Notes under the pieces: generated by a model
The model's input: only the letters and a program-made list of their open reading frames with translations
What the model was told of the DNA's origin: nothing
The model's database searches: none
Part shown: in pieces, positions 1 through 12,889 of the stretch
Layout: every line of letters begins with the position of its first letter
Numbering within the stretch: the stretch's first letter is position 1
Made by a program: the position numbers and the translations under genes
From: Camelus dromedarius
Lineage: Eukaryota
NCBI RefSeq assembly: GCF_036321535.1
Contig: NC_087437.1
Location: 53,136,001 to 53,200,000, forward strand
Length of the DNA stretch: 64,000 nt
Reading direction: 5' to 3'

Positions 1-1063
1 ATGAATTTCTTAGAAAACAAGGAAGATGAAAAAAAAACAAAAACAAAAAAAACCAACCCAAGCCTCCAGGTCAAGAAGCTGGAAAAGGACAAAAAAAAGC
101 TAAATAAAGTTGAAGAGGGCAATACTAAAGATGAAGGTAGAAAGTAATCAGCTAGCTGCACAACAAAACAATTGGGACAGTGAGTAAACAAAATCTAAAA
201 CTCTTTTTGCTGTTGTTAAAAAAATCAATAACATGGACAATTCTTTGGCAGAGAGAGAGGAGAAGGAGGAAGAGGAGGAACCAGCATATCAGGAGTGAAA
301 AAGGGGGCATAAGTATAAATGCAAGAGATTTTATTAAATTATAGGAGAATAAGATATTCAACTTTACATAACTACATTTGAAAGCCTAGATGAAATGGGA
401 AGATTTTGAGAAAGTATAAATTATTAAAAGTGAGCCGAGAAATAGAAAAAGACTGACTAGTTGAATAATAACACATGAAATTCAATCAACAGTCAAAACT
501 CTACTTGCTCTACGCTCCCGATCCAAACATTATTACAGGCAAGTTCTATGAATCATCAAGAAACAGATCATTCTCCTCTTAGAGAAGTTGTTCCAGAGCA
601 TAGAAAAAGATGTTAAGTTACAATTCATATTATGAGGCCAGAATAACTCAGTTACGAAAGCTGATAAAGATCACAAATAAAAATAAATTATAGACCAATC
701 TCTTTACTAAATTAAGCAAAGACCCCAGAAGATTGCAAAATCCAGTATAGTATTAAAAGAATAATACAAAAAAAGAATAATACATACAGTTATTTCAGGA
801 GAGCAAGTTGAGTCAACATTGCACAACCTATCAATATAATTCACTATATTTTTAAATATAATTCACTACATTAAGAGAATAAAAGCGCAATTCTTATGAC
901 CATCTCAATACATTCAGAAAGAAAATTTATACAATTTAACACACAAGTAACAAAAGCAAACATACCTGTAAGCACGTTAGAAGGTAAATGGAACATCTTT
1001 TACTTCATAATAGTTATCTACCAAAACCCCACAGCAAACTTCATACTTGGATGGCAAAATATT

Positions 1064-1342
1064 ACTGGGGAGGTAATGTACAACATGATGACTACAGTTA
1101 ACACTGCTGTATGGTGTATTTGAAAGTTAAGAGAGTAGATACTAATGAGTTCTCATAAGGATTTTTTCCTTTTTCTTTTTCTTTTTTGTATCTATATGAG
1201 ATGGTGGATGCTAACTAAACTTATTGCAGTAATGGTCTCATAGTTTTGTAAGTCAACCATTATGTGGTAAAGCTTATTCAGTGTTGTATGTCAATTATAT
1301 CTCAACAAAGCTGGAAAATAAATAAAAAATAAAGATAAAAAA
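1064..1342 (+). mobile_element. L1 3' end (L1MA-like) with A-rich tail
   Basis: 'gtacaacatgatgactacagttaacactgctgtatggtgtatttgaaag...tgtatgtcaattatatctcaacaaagctgg' followed by an A-rich tail. Confidence 0.85.
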
Positions 1343-1380
1343 GATGAGATACTCTGCTGGGAAATAATAAATGTATACTT

Positions 1381-1855
1381 TTTTATTGAGATATAGTTGG
1401 CTTACAATATTATATAAGTTTCAGGTATATAACATAATGACTTACAATTTTTAAAGATTATACTCCATTTATAGTTATTATAAAACATGGCTATATTCCC
1501 TGTATTGCACAATATATCCTTGTAGCTTTTTTCTTGTATACATGGTAGTTTGTACCTCTTAATCCTCTACCCCTATCTTGCCCCTCCCCCTTCTCTTTCC
1601 CCACTGGTAACCACTAATTTTCTATGTCTGTATATCTATACACTAACAATGAACTACCAGAAAGAGAAATTAAGGAAACATCTCATTTACAGTCACATCA
1701 GAAAGAATAAAATACTTAGGAATACACTTACCTAAGGAGATAAAATACCAGTACTCAAAAAACTACAAGACATTGATGAAAGAAACTGAAGACAATGCAA
1801 ATGATGAAAATATAGACCGTGTTCATGGATTGCAAGAATTTTTAAAAATGACCAC
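1381..1855 (-). mobile_element. 5'-inverted L1 insertion (3' UTR on minus strand ~1381-1630, ORF2 piece on plus strand ~1631-1855)
   Basis: T-tract then 'attgagatatagttggcttacaatatt...' (L1 3' end, reverse) joined to 'ctatacactaacaatgaactaccagaaagagaaattaagg' (ORF2, forward); TSD aaatgtatactt 1369-1380 / aaatgtattctt 1856-1867. Confidence 0.85.
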
Positions 1856-2361
1856 AAATGTATTCTTATTTTTTAAAATGGCAAAAATTAGAAGCGTTAC
1901 ATCAAAATCAAGGACAAGATAAGGATGCATGTTAATTCCTCTACTATTCAACAATCTATTTGAAGTCCTAGGCAATGCACTTAAATGAGAAGAAATAAAA
2001 GGTGTTCATATTAGAACAGAAAAGGTGAAACTGTCACAATTTTTAAATGATATGATAGTACACTTAGAAAAACCAAGAGAATAAAACAAACTATTAAGGA
2101 ATTTCAAGAAAGTGACTGCATATGAAATCCATATTAAAGAATGAATTGCTTTCCTTTACACAAGCAACAGCCAATTAGAAAATACAACATAATAGAAAAG
2201 GATCTCTTTCAGAATTTTAATGAAAAGTAGAATGTATCCTGGAATAAATCTAACAAGAAATATGCAAGGCCTTTATGGAGAAGTCTATAAAAATTTACTG
2301 AGGGACAGAAAGGAAAATCTGAATAAACGAAGAACTATCTTACTCATGGAAAGGAAGACTC

Positions 2362-2520
2362 AGTCTAGTTCTGGTACAGTCTAGCTATGTGACCTTGGAA
2401 AAATTCTAAAATCTTAGTCCATCTGAACCCAGTGTCCTCATTTGTAAGATGAGAATAATGGGATCTCCCTTACATAGTTTTTGTGACTATTAGAACCAGT
2501 AGAAGTAAACAGCATTTTAG
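2362..2520 (+). mobile_element. MIR SINE
   Basis: 'tagctatgtgaccttgg...cagtgtcctcatttgtaagatgagaataat' MIR core. Confidence 0.75.
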
Positions 2521-3829
2521 AAAAAACTTAAAATTATAAGCAATGGTACAAATATATGTAACCACAAAAAAGAGAAACATAAAAGGATGCACACAAAACA
2601 CCATAATTGTTACCTCTAAAGGGCACATAGAAATTAGAAGTTGGGATTCTATTATCTGTAATGTTTTTTTCTTCTTAGAAAGGTAATACATTATTTATAT
2701 AATTTAAAAAATATAAAGTAAATTTCTTATTTTCATCATTTTTCTATTTTTTCTGGCCCAACCCAAGTCAGTCTTCCCCAAGTTTACCTACATTGGTTAC
2801 AGATTGAGCCTTATAGCACATTGACTTGAAGGTAGATATCCAGGCAGTTGTATGGAGCATAAGTCTGTGTGTACAACATGTGAACATGTGTATTGTGTGT
2901 GGGCTTTTAGTATGAACAACGTGCATATGTCTTCCTGTACTTTATGAGGATCATATGTGTATATGTGAATTTCAGTGTTTGTTAGCTACACATACATCAT
3001 ATATACCGTAGTTAAATAAATGAATTACCTTCACCAGAATTGCTATTCTACACATCATAGTGGATTTTTTCTAACTTGAAATCCTATCCTATCTTCTATT
3101 TATCCTATTTTTTTCCTATAAAGTTTGGTTAAAATAATGATGTTCCAAAGGCAATTATACTTGTGCATTTACCCACTTCTTCATATGTGTAAAATACTCT
3201 CCTAGGAGCTATGAGGGTTGCAGAGATGAAATATGACTGACTCAGCTCTCAGTGAACTGACGGTCCACTGGGGACACCACATAGCTTCCCTAAAAGCTGT
3301 GGTAGCAGGCAGCATGCACTAAGCACTGTGCCGCTCAGATAGGAGAGCTCAGCTCACGACGATGCTCACATGGCTGATTGAGAAGGGCAGAGGAAGAACA
3401 GACTCTGGTTTTACTAAGTGCACCTGACATGCTTGCACTAGAGGGAGGAACCGTGGAAATCAAAACATCAAGACTCCTAATAGGGGTCTAAATTTAACAG
3501 ACTTTCTTTATGCTATAAAATTATTTCTCACATTTTCCATTTCAGTAAAAATTGTAGCTGATAGATTCCTTAGTTCAAACAAATTAGGAGCGTGACATTT
3601 CATTTCCCCTAAATCTTCCAAACCCACGAGCCCTGTTCACTCGAGAGTGTGTATGGGGTGGGAGTGGGTGAAGTGTCAGGAGACCTATACATCGGGGCCT
3701 GTGAGGTGTAAAGCACTTCTCGACTGTTCCTCTGTAGCCCTGGCTTCAGATGTGGAGAAAAACATGCCGGCAATATTCTACACCTGGACATCTAGATCTG
3801 CCAGAAAACAGAAAAGAGTATAGCCCAGG

Positions 3830-4290
3830 AATCCATCAAACCTGGGTCTGCATCTCATCCACGACCATTTCCTAGATTTGTGGTCTTGAGTCCATTACTT
3901 ATTCTTTTTTAAAAAATTTTATTTTACTGAAGTATACTCAGTTACAATGTGTCAACTTCTGGTGTAGAACATAAAGTCCCAGTCATGCATATATATATAA
4001 ATATATTCATTTTCATATTCCTTCTCATTAAAGAATATGAATTTTTTATTTCATATTCTTATTCATAATAATCTCATTAAAATTATTACAAGATATGTTC
4101 AATATCTTTATTCCCTGTGCTATACAGTAGAAATCCATTATTTATTCTTACTTAATCTCTCTCGGTCCAAGCTTCTTCAGCTGGAAAATGGGAACAGTGG
4201 TTATCACCTTACAGAATAGGATAAAACACAGTGAATACATATTTCCCACCACAGTGCCTGGCACACAGAGTTCAGTGGATGCTAAGTGCC
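3830..4290 (+). mobile_element. MIR SINE split by an L1 insertion
   Basis: MIR-like sequence either side of 3907-4133, ending 'cacagtgcctggcacacag'. Confidence 0.65.
3907..4133 (-). mobile_element. Young (camelid-type) L1 3' end
   Basis: 'ttactgaagtatactcagttacaatgtgtcaacttctggtg...ttccctgtgctatacagtag'; TSD tccattacttattctt 3891-3906 / tccattatttattctt 4134-4149. Confidence 0.85.
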
Positions 4291-4879
4291 TTCGCTTCTT
4301 TTTTAGGTCCAGGGAAATGTGCCAAGATTGCCTGATACTTTGAATGCCCTCATATAATGGAGAAAGAGGTTAAGATGAGAGAAGATACGAATTTAGGGAT
4401 GAAAAATCTTAGCTCTCTATTTAAGGAAGAGGATGGAAGGGAACGATGATGCTTTTCAGGACCAGCTGTAAAAGATGAAATGGAGTACATTCTTACCCTC
4501 ACCCCTCAGAAGCAATTAATGAATAAAGCAGAAAACTATGACATGGGAAATTTGTGGCAATTTCTGCCTGCAGTGTTTAAGAGTGGCTGGATGCATGAGC
4601 TAGATTAGAACACTGGAGGATTTGGGAGATGAGCACAGAGTTAGTCATTTGGCTGAATGTTTAATAAATTACAGTGTAGTTGGAGGGACTAGGCTCCCTG
4701 GGTGAATCACTTTGAACTAGACAAAAATAGCCAATAGAAACTAGCCCTGACTAAAGAAGAAGTAGAAAGAAAAAAATAATTTGATTTAATTGACTAACTG
4801 TTTTGATCAGAGCATGACATCATTTACTGAGTTTAGTTTGGTCAGAAAGACATCCTGCTGCTGATGGAATCACATGCAT

Positions 4880-5400
4880 TTATACAGTCCTCCAACCATT
4901 TACAAGGTATGACTTTAAAATATATAAATAGATCTACTCTCAAACTTATCTTCCTCTTATCTCCACCTCAAAAACTAAATAACACAGATTTTCTTAACTT
5001 TTTCAATGGAAATATTATTCTCCACATTCAGCGGGTTGATAATTGGTGTTATTTACTTTCAACTTCCTTCCTCCTCCCAAAATTTCAATACCAAACCAGA
5101 AACCAACTTACCAAGTTTTGTTTTGTATTATCTCTCAGCTCTGTCCCTTCATTTCGTTCCATGTGACAGCACCCTAATTTCTGGGTAACAGCTTGCTAAC
5201 TGGCCCCTGCATCTGCCTCTAGTCTTCATAACTGGGTCACTCCATTCCAGTCTATTCTGCATAAGAATACTTTATGAAAACCACTAGTTTCAATTATTTT
5301 CTTTCTCAAGAACCAAGAATTACTTCTTATTCACTATCAGTTTGTGCCCAGTTCCTTTTCTAGGCATTCAAGGCATTCTTTATCATCTAGTCTGACCCAA
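4880..5400 (+). mobile_element. L2 LINE fragment
   Basis: Degenerate L2 3' region ('cagcttgctaactggcccctgcatctgcctctagtc...ctccattccagtctattctgca'). Confidence 0.6.
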
Positions 5401-5589
5401 TGTCCCACTAGTTTTGGACAAGAAAGTGAAAACTGGGGAATAGGGATGGTGTTGGCCTCTATCCTTTATGCTGACAGTCGGGATTCTGAGATAAAATGGA
5501 AGCAAACAATGTCAACACTGGATGTAGCTTTCTGGGTCATGAGTTACCATATGCTGAAAGGGAGAGTTCATACCTAGTAATAAAAGGCT

Positions 5590-6690
5590 TGTAACTCATG
5601 GGCATGGTGAGGGGCATATATTTGCCTAGAGGCTGATGGGGAAAACAATCAAAGAGCTGGAATAATATCATGAATCTATCCAGAGTGTAGAACTGCTGGT
5701 AAAGCAAAGACAAACAGGAGAGGTGAGATGCCAGTGACACATACAAATACACACACATGTATACATGATTACAAAGAGTACTAAAAACTGTATTTAAGGG
5801 CTGGTATTGTCTACATGGCAATATGTAGGCTTTGGACCAAAAACTGGTTTATGATGGGAATTCATGACCTAAAGACAGAGCACCTAAAATATCTCATGAG
5901 TGAGCAGAAAAGGGCAAGGAACACGTGTGGTATCATCATGAGCATTTTCTACCAGCCACTTGACCACAAGGGGGAAATGCAGGGTGCATTCCTAGCCACT
6001 ACTCTTCTGGCACAAAGGAAGTTGGAACAGTGAAAGGGAACTAGTATTGGTTAAATGCTTGCAGAAAGCCTCATTTGGCTAAAAGTAGAGCATCAGACAA
6101 GTGTTTCTATTTCCCTGTTGCCATGGAGTGAAGAAGCTTTACTGAATGAACTCCTCTGGACCTCACTCTGACCAGCAGAAAGACCCTGCTTGCAGAAGGG
6201 TGAAGTAGGCATAAGAGATAGCTTAGAAGAAAGAAGCCACTCCAGCTCAGAGGTTATGATTGTCAAGGAGAAGCCTGGTTGTAATAAAGAGCCAGGACCT
6301 TTAGATTAAAGCAGACATGAGAGGAAAAAGGAATGGTTCTTTAAAAAAAAAAAAAAAGTGCCTGCAGGACTAACCTATGGGTTCACATGTGAAAAGAACA
6401 TTTAGTGATAAAGAAAAGGAAAGGCACGCAATCAAGGAATATACAGGAAGACGGTACACATCTATATGAATTACATCGTGAAAAAATTGCTCAAAATGAT
6501 ATGAGAATATTAAGTGACAAAAACAAAGAAACAAACTAACTCAAAACACTCCCGCCAAACAAAGGCTGAGGGAAGTTTGGGGAGTGGACTGGTTAATTTT
6601 AGAGCAAGAAGAGTAAAAATCAGATTGGTACTGCTTGGGACAAGGATGATCATGTTACTGAACCACTTCTGGTGATCTATGAAGAATTTT
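5590..6690 (+). mobile_element. L3/CR1 LINE fossil, endonuclease and linker part of ORF2
   Basis: Degenerate matches to CR1 APE motifs: 'agacaaacaggagaggtgag' (~DR.GR.GGG), 'ttctaccagccacttgac' (~YRPP), 'ctcactctgaccagcag' (~LDL.LTN), 'ggacctttagattaaagcagac' (~LDFRKAD). Confidence 0.65.
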
Positions 6691-6879
6691 GGAGAACACT
6701 GGCAACAACAGAAACCCAAAGATCTAGAGACAAATCTAATCTTGTTTTTATTATTACAAAAAATCAGAAGAATATGGATTCTACAAATTCTAAACAGTGT
6801 GAGTATAATAATAATCTAAGCCAAGAATCCAAGTCATATTTTAATATGATTTTAAAATAGAAATCACATGTAATCTCAC

Positions 6880-9800
6880 CACTAATTATAACCACAGTGA
6901 ACATTTTGCTGTAAATTATTTCTAGAATTAACCCATGTATGTATGCATACACTTATTTTTAAATTTTAAACTTCATTTGATTTTGTTTTCACTTATTTGT
7001 ATAAGGTGACCATTATTTGGTGTTATTAAACGTTCTACATATAATATTGTTTTCTATGGCTTCCTAGTCATTTATGACATAAATGGACTGTAATTTATTA
7101 CTTGTCCCCATGTTGTTATTTACTTTTTATTATTCATTTCTAATAGTTAGAAACTATGACATTCATTATTTCTGCTTTGAGGAACTTGCAGAGATGTGTA
7201 ACCTAATACAGAATTAATTTTTGTTTGATGAGCCCTGGAAAAGAAATTTCATTCTCTGTATTTTGAGTATTCTATAGCATGTATTTTTAAAATCATATTC
7301 ACAATATTACATAATTCCTGTATTTATATTATTTTTGTTTGTTTACTTGATATATGAAAGCCCTAGACTGGCATTTTGAAATCTTTTACCACATTGTGCT
7401 TTGGATGCAACATTAGTTTTGCATCTATCAATATTTATTGGTGCATACATTTCCATAACAGTCTATCTGCATTGTGAATTGGCCTCTTCATGGATATAAA
7501 ACCATCCTCATTATCTTATTTAAAGTATTTGTCTTGAGTTGCATTTTTGTCTTACATTAATATCGACTTCTGCTTTAGTGTTTGTTGTTATCTGCCTGCT
7601 ATACCTTTTCTCAGTATTTTTCTTTTTTGTATCTTATTTTGTATTAGGGATGACAATGGTAAACAACATATGGTTGAATTTTAGTTTGGGATCCAAAATG
7701 AAGAACTTTATTAAAAATGGGTCCTTTAGTTTATTTATGTTAGTTGTTATAATTGAAGTATTTGATCTCATTTTTATGCTCCTTTTCATTTTTCTTTTAA
7801 TGCTTCCTTGCTGTCTCCTTTATTTCTTGTCCTTTGTCATATGAGGTATGTTTTCTTAGACCCCTTGGTTTGGAAGACAGAATAGTGGAAAAAGGAATTC
7901 TGTAACTATTATTTTCTAAATTTAAATGTCAAGAACAAAATGAATCTCTCATAGTTGAACCAAGGAACTCAGAGCATATACTTTTCACTGTCCTATCCTC
8001 GCCTATATTCTCCAGAGAAATGCCAGCCTTGTCAGGCTTTTAAATATGTTATCTGGGGTTTTAAACCTCAATTTGCAGTCTAATAATTTTGTGCAACAAT
8101 ACATGTCATCTCTTTGAATATATTTTACTTTTGCATGCAATTTAAAAACTGGATTTACAATAATTGACATATCTTTTTTAATTGGCTTCAGTACTGATTG
8201 CCTACCATTTATAACATTGCTTCCTCTGCATACTTGATTTGATTTTCTATAGATTAAACTCTGCTATTAGTTCCACCTGATAGATTTTAATTCTGTTGTG
8301 TTTTACTTTCTTTGCCATCCTTTCAGTCATTCATGTCTTTGTATACTATATTTCATTATCACCTCAGCCTTTTCTTATTCTCTTCTGGTTTGTAAACGCC
8401 ATGGCCTCTTGCCCTTCTAAGAGGATTCTAGTCTCCATAATATTCCTTTAGGTCCAGCTGGAGGAATGCATTCATTTTCCTTCTCTACACTATTCTTTTG
8501 TGTTGCATTTTCCTTAGTTCCTCTCTGTTTTAGTCTTTATTCATTCTTGAAGGAGGAAGCAATCTATGGACTTGATGCTTATCAAATAACAGGCCTTGGG
8601 CCCTGTTCTCCCTGAATGCTGAAGTAATAGCGTCAGGTGGATGTGTACAAATCCCAGGCAACATCAAGCTCCTAGAATATATTATATTAGAGTAACTCTA
8701 GTTTTTTTTTCCTCTTACAGCCACAACAAGTTCCACTTTTTTGGAAGGTCTCACAATTTTCTTTACAATGTGACCCAAATTTCTCAATACTTCATAAACA
8801 TTTAAATATATATATGTTCGTTCTTTTATTGTGGTATGGTTCTTATACAGTAAACTACACATATTTCAGATGTACAATTTGATGAATTTTGATAGATGTA
8901 TACATCCATGAAACCACCACAATCAAGATAGCTAACATTTCCATCACTCCCCAAGAGGAGCAAATTTCAAATTCCCAATTTATCCCTTCCCACCCCCTTT
9001 ACCCCCTGGTAACCATAAGTTTGTTCCTTATGTCTGTGAGTCTGTTTCTGTTTTGTAAGTGTCCTTTTTTTTAAGATACCACATATAAGTGAGGATGTAT
9101 GTTCATTCTTGAATGTGAAGGAGTATATGTCCATTGTGTCAAGCTCCTTACATCCTCAAAATTCTTTATACACTCATTTGTTTTTGTCCCTCAATATGTT
9201 GAAGATTGATAGAAGTAAGTTGTCTCTCTCTGTGATTGTATTTTGACAGATTTATTTTACATATTGTGATTTTTTTGTTATTTAGAATAAAAATATTCAT
9301 ATGTAGTATGTCTTTTAATGGATTGTATCTGTTAGCCACATTTAATACATCACTCAATGTTTCCTGCATTAATTTCTACTTTGTCTAATACTAATATTTC
9401 TCTTCCTTTTTCCCTTGGTTTACGTTTCCCTGGTAAATGTATACTCTTTTTCCCACTCCTTTCTGTCCCATTTTGTTTAAAACAGCATATATTTAGAATT
9501 AGTTTTTGCCCAATCCATGCTCCTTCATCTTTTAATAGAAATGATCAAACCATTCTCACTTACTGTGATAATTTGTTTGACCTCACTTCTGTCATCTTAT
9601 TTTATACTTAAAAAAAAAAATGTTTCCTTGCTATTTGCTGTATTAGGTTTTAACCTTGGCTATAACATTCCAAATCTTCTTCCTAATTTTGAAGTTAAAC
9701 ATGGCACTTCTAGTTTTATATTCATCTACTCTCTTTCTTATTTAAAAATTTATTTAAACTTATATTTCTTTAACTATGTCATCAATGAAACAATACTCAA

Positions 9801-10800
9801 TGTCAACCATGATACAAAATGAGGAAATCTGCTCTTTATGGTTTTTTTTATTATTATTAAATTTCTTGTGTATCTTTTTATTTAGAATGATTTTTGACAG
9901 TTGCATTGTTTCATAACCATATTAATAACATTTAAACATTAAGTCTATGTTTGGTTTCATTTTTCACCTCATATCTCTTTTATCACATCTTCTCCATTCC
10001 TAAATTTTAATGTTCATCAATTTCCTTGTTGATCAGAGTATTCTGATGAATACTTTTTTCAGTAAAGGATTCCAGAGGTCTGTTTTCTGGGTACATCATT
10101 TTTGGTCCGAGATTATATTTCCTTTTACTTCACAGATTGCTGAATACAGACTTCTGAGTCACAATCTTATTACCTCAAAATTTTATAGTCATATATCAAC
10201 TTCCTTCTGACATCTGGTGTTACAGAATGTCTAGCACATGCTTTTTTTTTTTAATAAAATATTACTTTTCTGATTGTATAGCAACAGATTTTTTTAATTC
10301 ACATAAATGACTTTCACTAGAATATACTTTTAATTTTCCCTTGTACACAATGAACTATTTTGAACTGAAAACAGGAAAATATTTTTCTATATTTTTATTA
10401 TAACTCATCTTCCATTTCCTCTTCTCCTGAAAAATGCTATCTATTTAGATTTAATGTGCTGAATTCTAGCCCCCATTTTTTTCACTCATTATTTCATTTC
10501 TTTATGTTTTCTATCAGTACTGTGAGAATTTACATTCATCTTTAGTTTTCTGCATTGTTTTACTGTTCATGTTTCCAGTGTATGATTTTAACTCTGTAAA
10601 ATATTTTTCATTTTAAAGGAGGTCAATTTTCCTAATCTCAAATTGCTCCCTTTTGATAGTTCCTGCTGCATCCTCTTAAATCTCTGTAAATACAACTTGG
10701 AGATTTTCTGAAAAGGTTTCTCCCTTTTTAAAAAATACTGTTTATTTATTAGGGAGACATTAGTGTTGTATTCTGACTTATCTCCCTAATTTTGAACTAC
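6880..10800 (-). mobile_element. Mosaic of ancient, highly degenerate L1 fragments
   Basis: Long T-rich tract with L1 antisense character, including an L1 3'-end block at ~8825-8952 ('gatgtacaatttgatgaattttgatagatgtatacatccatgaaaccaccac'). Confidence 0.7.
8962..9092 (-). mobile_element. Young (camelid-type) L1 3' UTR fragment
   Basis: 'aaattcccaatttatcccttcccacc...ctggtaaccataagtttgttccttatgtctgtgagtctg', same family as 33711-33928. Confidence 0.75.
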
Positions 10801-10974
10801 TAAATATTGTTTTCATAAACTTCCACCATGTGTTGAGTGAAAGTGAGCCCCACGGCCCATGACCATGTGTGCTCGCCAGCGCATGTCCGAGGAGGCAGGA
10901 ATGCGATTGAGATGTGTCTTCCATCAGCTACCTACCTAGCACTCCTACAGCCCCTGTCACTTAGCTATACCTAT

Positions 10975-11946
10975 ATTTACTTTTCTAAATGGTGGTAAAA
11001 TATACTTAACAAAATTTACCATTTTAACCATTTTTAAATGTACAGTTCAGTGGCATTAAGTATATTCACATTGTTGTTTCAAAACCACCACCATCCATCC
11101 ACAGATGTATTTCATTTTGAAAAACTGAAATGCTGTACCACTAAATGATAACACCCCCTTCTTCCCTCCCCATCAGCCCCTGGTAACTATCATCTTACTT
11201 TCTGTCTCCATGAATTTGACTATTCTAAATATCTCATATGAGTGGGATCACAGCATTTTGCCTTTTGTGATTGGCTTATTTCACTTAGCATAAAGTTTTC
11301 AAGGGTCATCCATTTGTAGCGTTAGAATTTCATTCCTTTTTGACACTGAATAATACTTCATTTTATGCATATTTCACATTTTGTTTACCCACTTAGTCAA
11401 TGATGGACACTTGCGTTGCTTCCCCCTTTTGGCTATTGTGAATGATGCTGCTGTGCTCACGGGTATTACAAATATCTTGTCACGTTCTTGCTTTCAGTTC
11501 TTTTGGGTATATACCCAGAAGTGGAATTGCTAGATCATATGGTATTATATTTTTAATTTTTTGAGGAACTGAGATACTGTTTTCCATAGTGGTTGCACCA
11601 TTTTACAATCACACCAACAGTGTACAAGGGTCCCAATTCCCCTATAGCCTCAGCAAGATTTATTATTTTCTGTTTTTTTGATAGTAGCTATCCTCATGGA
11701 TTTGAAGTGGTGTCTCATTGTGATTTTGATTTGCATTATCCTAATGATTAGTGACATTGAGCATCTTTTCATAAGCTTATCAGCTATGTGTTTATCTTCT
11801 TTGGAGAAATGTTTTTCAAATCCTTTACTTATTTTTCAATTGAACTGTTTGTTTTATTGTTGTTGAGTTTTGCGAGTTCTCTATATATGCTGAATATCAA
11901 TCCCCTTTCATATATATGATTTACAAATATTTTCTCCCATTCTTTG
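10975..11946 (-). mobile_element. L1MB-like 3' end (ORF2 C-terminus plus 3' UTR)
   Basis: 'gtggtaaaatatac...tacagttcagtggcattaagtatattcacattg...gggtatatacccagaagtggaattgctagatc'; probable TSD cagcccctgtcactt 10948-10962 / cagcccctgccacctt 11947-11962. Confidence 0.9.
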
Positions 11947-11959
11947 CAGCCCCTGCCAC

Positions 11960-12102
11960 CTTAACTTAGAAATGCTGGTGAAAATCTGGGCTCCCACCCT
12001 ACCGCTCTGGGTCTGGGCCTCCAGCCCCTACCTCAGAATCAGAATCTCTGAAGGGAAAGTCTCCAGTCAATTCTAATGTAAATGAAAATTTGAGAACTGC
12101 TG
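11960..12102. mobile_element. MER5-like hAT-Charlie DNA transposon remnant
   Basis: 'cagaatcagaatctctg...attctaatg...tttgagaactgctg' terminus. Confidence 0.6.
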
Positions 12103-12144
12103 GGCTGGGTGCTGCCTTGTGAGCATTTAGAAAAGCAATGATCC

Positions 12145-12521
12145 ACCACAGAAACAAAACAAACAGAAGAAAACAGAACCAGATTCCTAAATACAGAGAA
12201 CAAACTGGTGGTCACCAGAGGGGAGGGTTTGGGGGATGGGCAAAATAGGTGAAGGGAATTAAAAGATACAAACTGCCAGGTATAAAATAAATAAATCACA
12301 GGGATGGAATGAACAGCAGGGCGAATCTAGCTGGTAATATTGCAACAACTCATCGTGGTGACGGGTGATGACTAGACTTACCGTAGTGATCAATTTGTAA
12401 TGTATATACAAAAGCTGAATCGCTATGCTGTACACCTGAAACGAACACTGTATGTCAACTATACTTCAATTAAAAAAAAAGTCAAAAAACAAAAACAAAC
12501 AAAAAAACTAACAAACAAAAA
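12145..12521 (+). mobile_element. 5'-truncated L1 3' end with poly-A and perfect 16-bp TSD
   Basis: 'acagagaacaaactggtggtcaccagagggg...tatgtcaactatacttcaattaaaaaaaa'; agaaaagcaatgatcc at 12129-12144 and 12522-12537. Confidence 0.92.
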
Positions 12522-12889
12522 AGAAAAGCAATGATCCCTTTGAACTAACTAAGGTTCACTCAGAAGTCATAGCAGGTGATTTTTAAGTCTTTTTGAAGGA
12601 TATGTTAGTTATGTAACTCAGAGAATGTGACAGACAGAGGTTGTAAACACAGGATATTTGACAAAGTTTCCCATGAGCCTTGCAGGCACGAAGGAGAAAT
12701 ATCTGTTGAATACAAAGACTGGGACAGTGTGCACAAGGCCATGGCCAGAGTGTAGTGTCCAGTGTAGGTTCTGTCACGTTAAAGCAGTTTTTAGAGAAAT
12801 TGTAATGGAGTCATAGGAGATTTGCCAGAGGAGGTAAGGAATTAAAAACCCTGTAATTTGAGAAATCACTGAGGGAACTTCTTGTGTAA

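Larger units (their letters stand above)
1..2360 (+). mobile_element. Ancient L1 (L1M-type) ORF2 fossil, interrupted at 1064-1877 by younger insertions
   Basis: A-rich degenerate ORF2 sequence (e.g. 'gaaagcctagatgaaatgggaaga', 'tatgaggccagaataactc', 'atgaccatctcaatacattcagaaag', 'aggacaagataaggatgc'); many stops and frameshifts. Confidence 0.9.

Noticed and set aside
7539..7844. Hydrophobic 'membrane protein-like' ORF
   Set aside because: T-rich antisense L1 fossil naturally encodes F/L/I/V
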